From Candidatus Rokuibacteriota bacterium (GTDB lineage: Bacteria; Methylomirabilota; Methylomirabilia; Rokubacteriales; CSP1-6): DNA of 64,000 nt. Within the stretch, counting starts at the first letter, position 1. Each line of letters begins with the position of its first letter. The notes below the pieces were generated by a model that searched no databases, was not told the DNA's origin, and was given only the letters and a program-made list of their open reading frames with translations. The stretch covers positions 87,831 through 151,830 of the forward strand of contig QHSP01000016.1 of NCBI GenBank assembly GCA_003220495.1, read 5' to 3'. Position numbers and translations under genes: made by a program. This document shows positions 63,290 through 64,000 of this stretch, one piece after another.

Positions 63290-64000
63290 ATGCGGATGGT
63301 CGATGTCGAGACACTCGAACGGATCACGCGGGACATCTTCGTCGCCTGGAAGGCGCCCCGCGAGGACGCCTCCTGGATCGCGTCCTTGCTCGTGCGCGCG
63401 AATCTGCGCGGTCACGACTCGCACGGCGTGATCCGCATCCCGCACTACGTCCACGCGCTCAAGGCCGGAGAGGTCAACCCGACGCCGTCGATCAAGACCG
63501 AGATGGAGACGCCGACGATCGCGCGCATCGACGGCGACAAGGGGTTCGGCCAGGTCGTCGCGCGGCACGGCATCACGCTGGCGATCACGAAGGCCCGGGC
63601 TCAGGGCCTGTCGGCGGTCACGCTTCGGCGCACGAACCACGTGGGCCGGCTCGCGGACTATGCGGAGATGGCCGCAGTCCAGGGGCTGATCGGTATGCTC
63701 TGGGTCAACGCGCCGACGGCGCTGAACGTCGCGCCGTGGGGCGGCGCCGCGCGGCGCCTCGGGACCAACCCGCACGCGGTGGCGGTGCCGGGCCCCAACG
63801 CGAGCGTCGCGATGTCGCACGACTTCGCCACCAGCGTCGTCGCCGAGGGCAAGCTGAAGGTGAAGTTCAACCGCGGCGAGAAGGTGGCGCCCGGCATCAT
63901 GCGGAACGGCCGAGGCGAGCCGTCGACCGATCCGCGCGAGTACTACACCGACCCGCCCGGCTCGTTGATCACCGCGGGGGAGCACAAGGGATACGGCCTC
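63290..64000 (+). CDS. Ldh family oxidoreductase (malate/L-lactate dehydrogenase family 2), 3' partial at the window end
   Basis: MRMVDVETLERITRDIFVAWKAPREDASWIASLLVRANLRGHDSHGVIRIPHYVHALKAGEVNP... is typical of the Ldh_2 family. GGGAGG ribosome-binding site. It is not in the ORF track because no stop codon falls inside the window. Confidence 0.75.
   Translation, partial: MRMVDVETLERITRDIFVAWKAPREDASWIASLLVRANLRGHDSHGVIRIPHYVHALKAGEVNPTPSIKTEMETPTIARIDGDKGFGQVVARHGITLAITKARAQGLSAVTLRRTNHVGRLADYAEMAAVQGLIGMLWVNAPTALNVAPWGGAARRLGTNPHAVAVPGPNASVAMSHDFATSVVAEGKLKVKFNRGEKVAPGIMRNGRGEPSTDPREYYTDPPGSLITAGEHKGYGL

Overview
This is a high-GC (about 68-70%) bacterial chromosomal segment with a very high coding density on both strands. 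About 65 protein-coding genes are supported. No rRNA, tRNA, CRISPR array, IS element or transposase is visible. Many adjacent genes overlap by 4 nt (GTGA or ATGA), so the region is organised into long translationally coupled operons. The provided ORF track treats GTG and TTG as start codons and writes them as M, so several listed N-termini are artefacts; I re-derived starts from the sequence and from family knowledge.

The content is mostly acyl-CoA and fatty-acid-type catabolism. There are five acyl-CoA dehydrogenases, four family-III (CaiB/BaiF) CoA-transferases, four enoyl-CoA hydratases (one partial at the window start), two MaoC dehydratases, an HMG-CoA lyase and an acyl-CoA synthetase. 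There are two complete Liv-type ABC uptake systems, and the second is bracketed by two paralogous cobalamin-independent methionine-synthase-like (MetE-like) genes. A methylcitrate-like cluster is present (citrate synthase, aconitase-family gene, prpF). Other recognisable genes are a lemA-TPM-TPM envelope module, dps, yfbR, dus, a hemE-hemH-hemY heme block, and a protein with metallo-beta-lactamase (MBL), receiver, cyclic-nucleotide-binding and GGDEF domains.

The most interesting observations are:
- A selenocysteine-containing TlpA/ResA-like thioredoxin-fold gene that the ORF track splits at an in-frame TGA. A SECIS-like hairpin follows the TGA. It is co-transcribed with an orphan xanthine-dehydrogenase-family molybdopterin subunit.
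- A family of at least five GC-rich palindromic intergenic elements of about 50 bp, typically placed directly in front of ribosome-binding sites.
- A 604-aa orphan protein with PREP(V/A)Q tandem repeats, paired with a small convergent coiled-coil gene.
- Two genes (TPM and the second livH) whose conserved N-termini are encoded where no canonical start codon exists.
- A secreted tandem-repeat (DPRQQYP) protein encoded by a 21-bp DNA tandem repeat.

Taxonomically the gene content is consistent with an uncultivated high-GC soil lineage, but that is an inference only.
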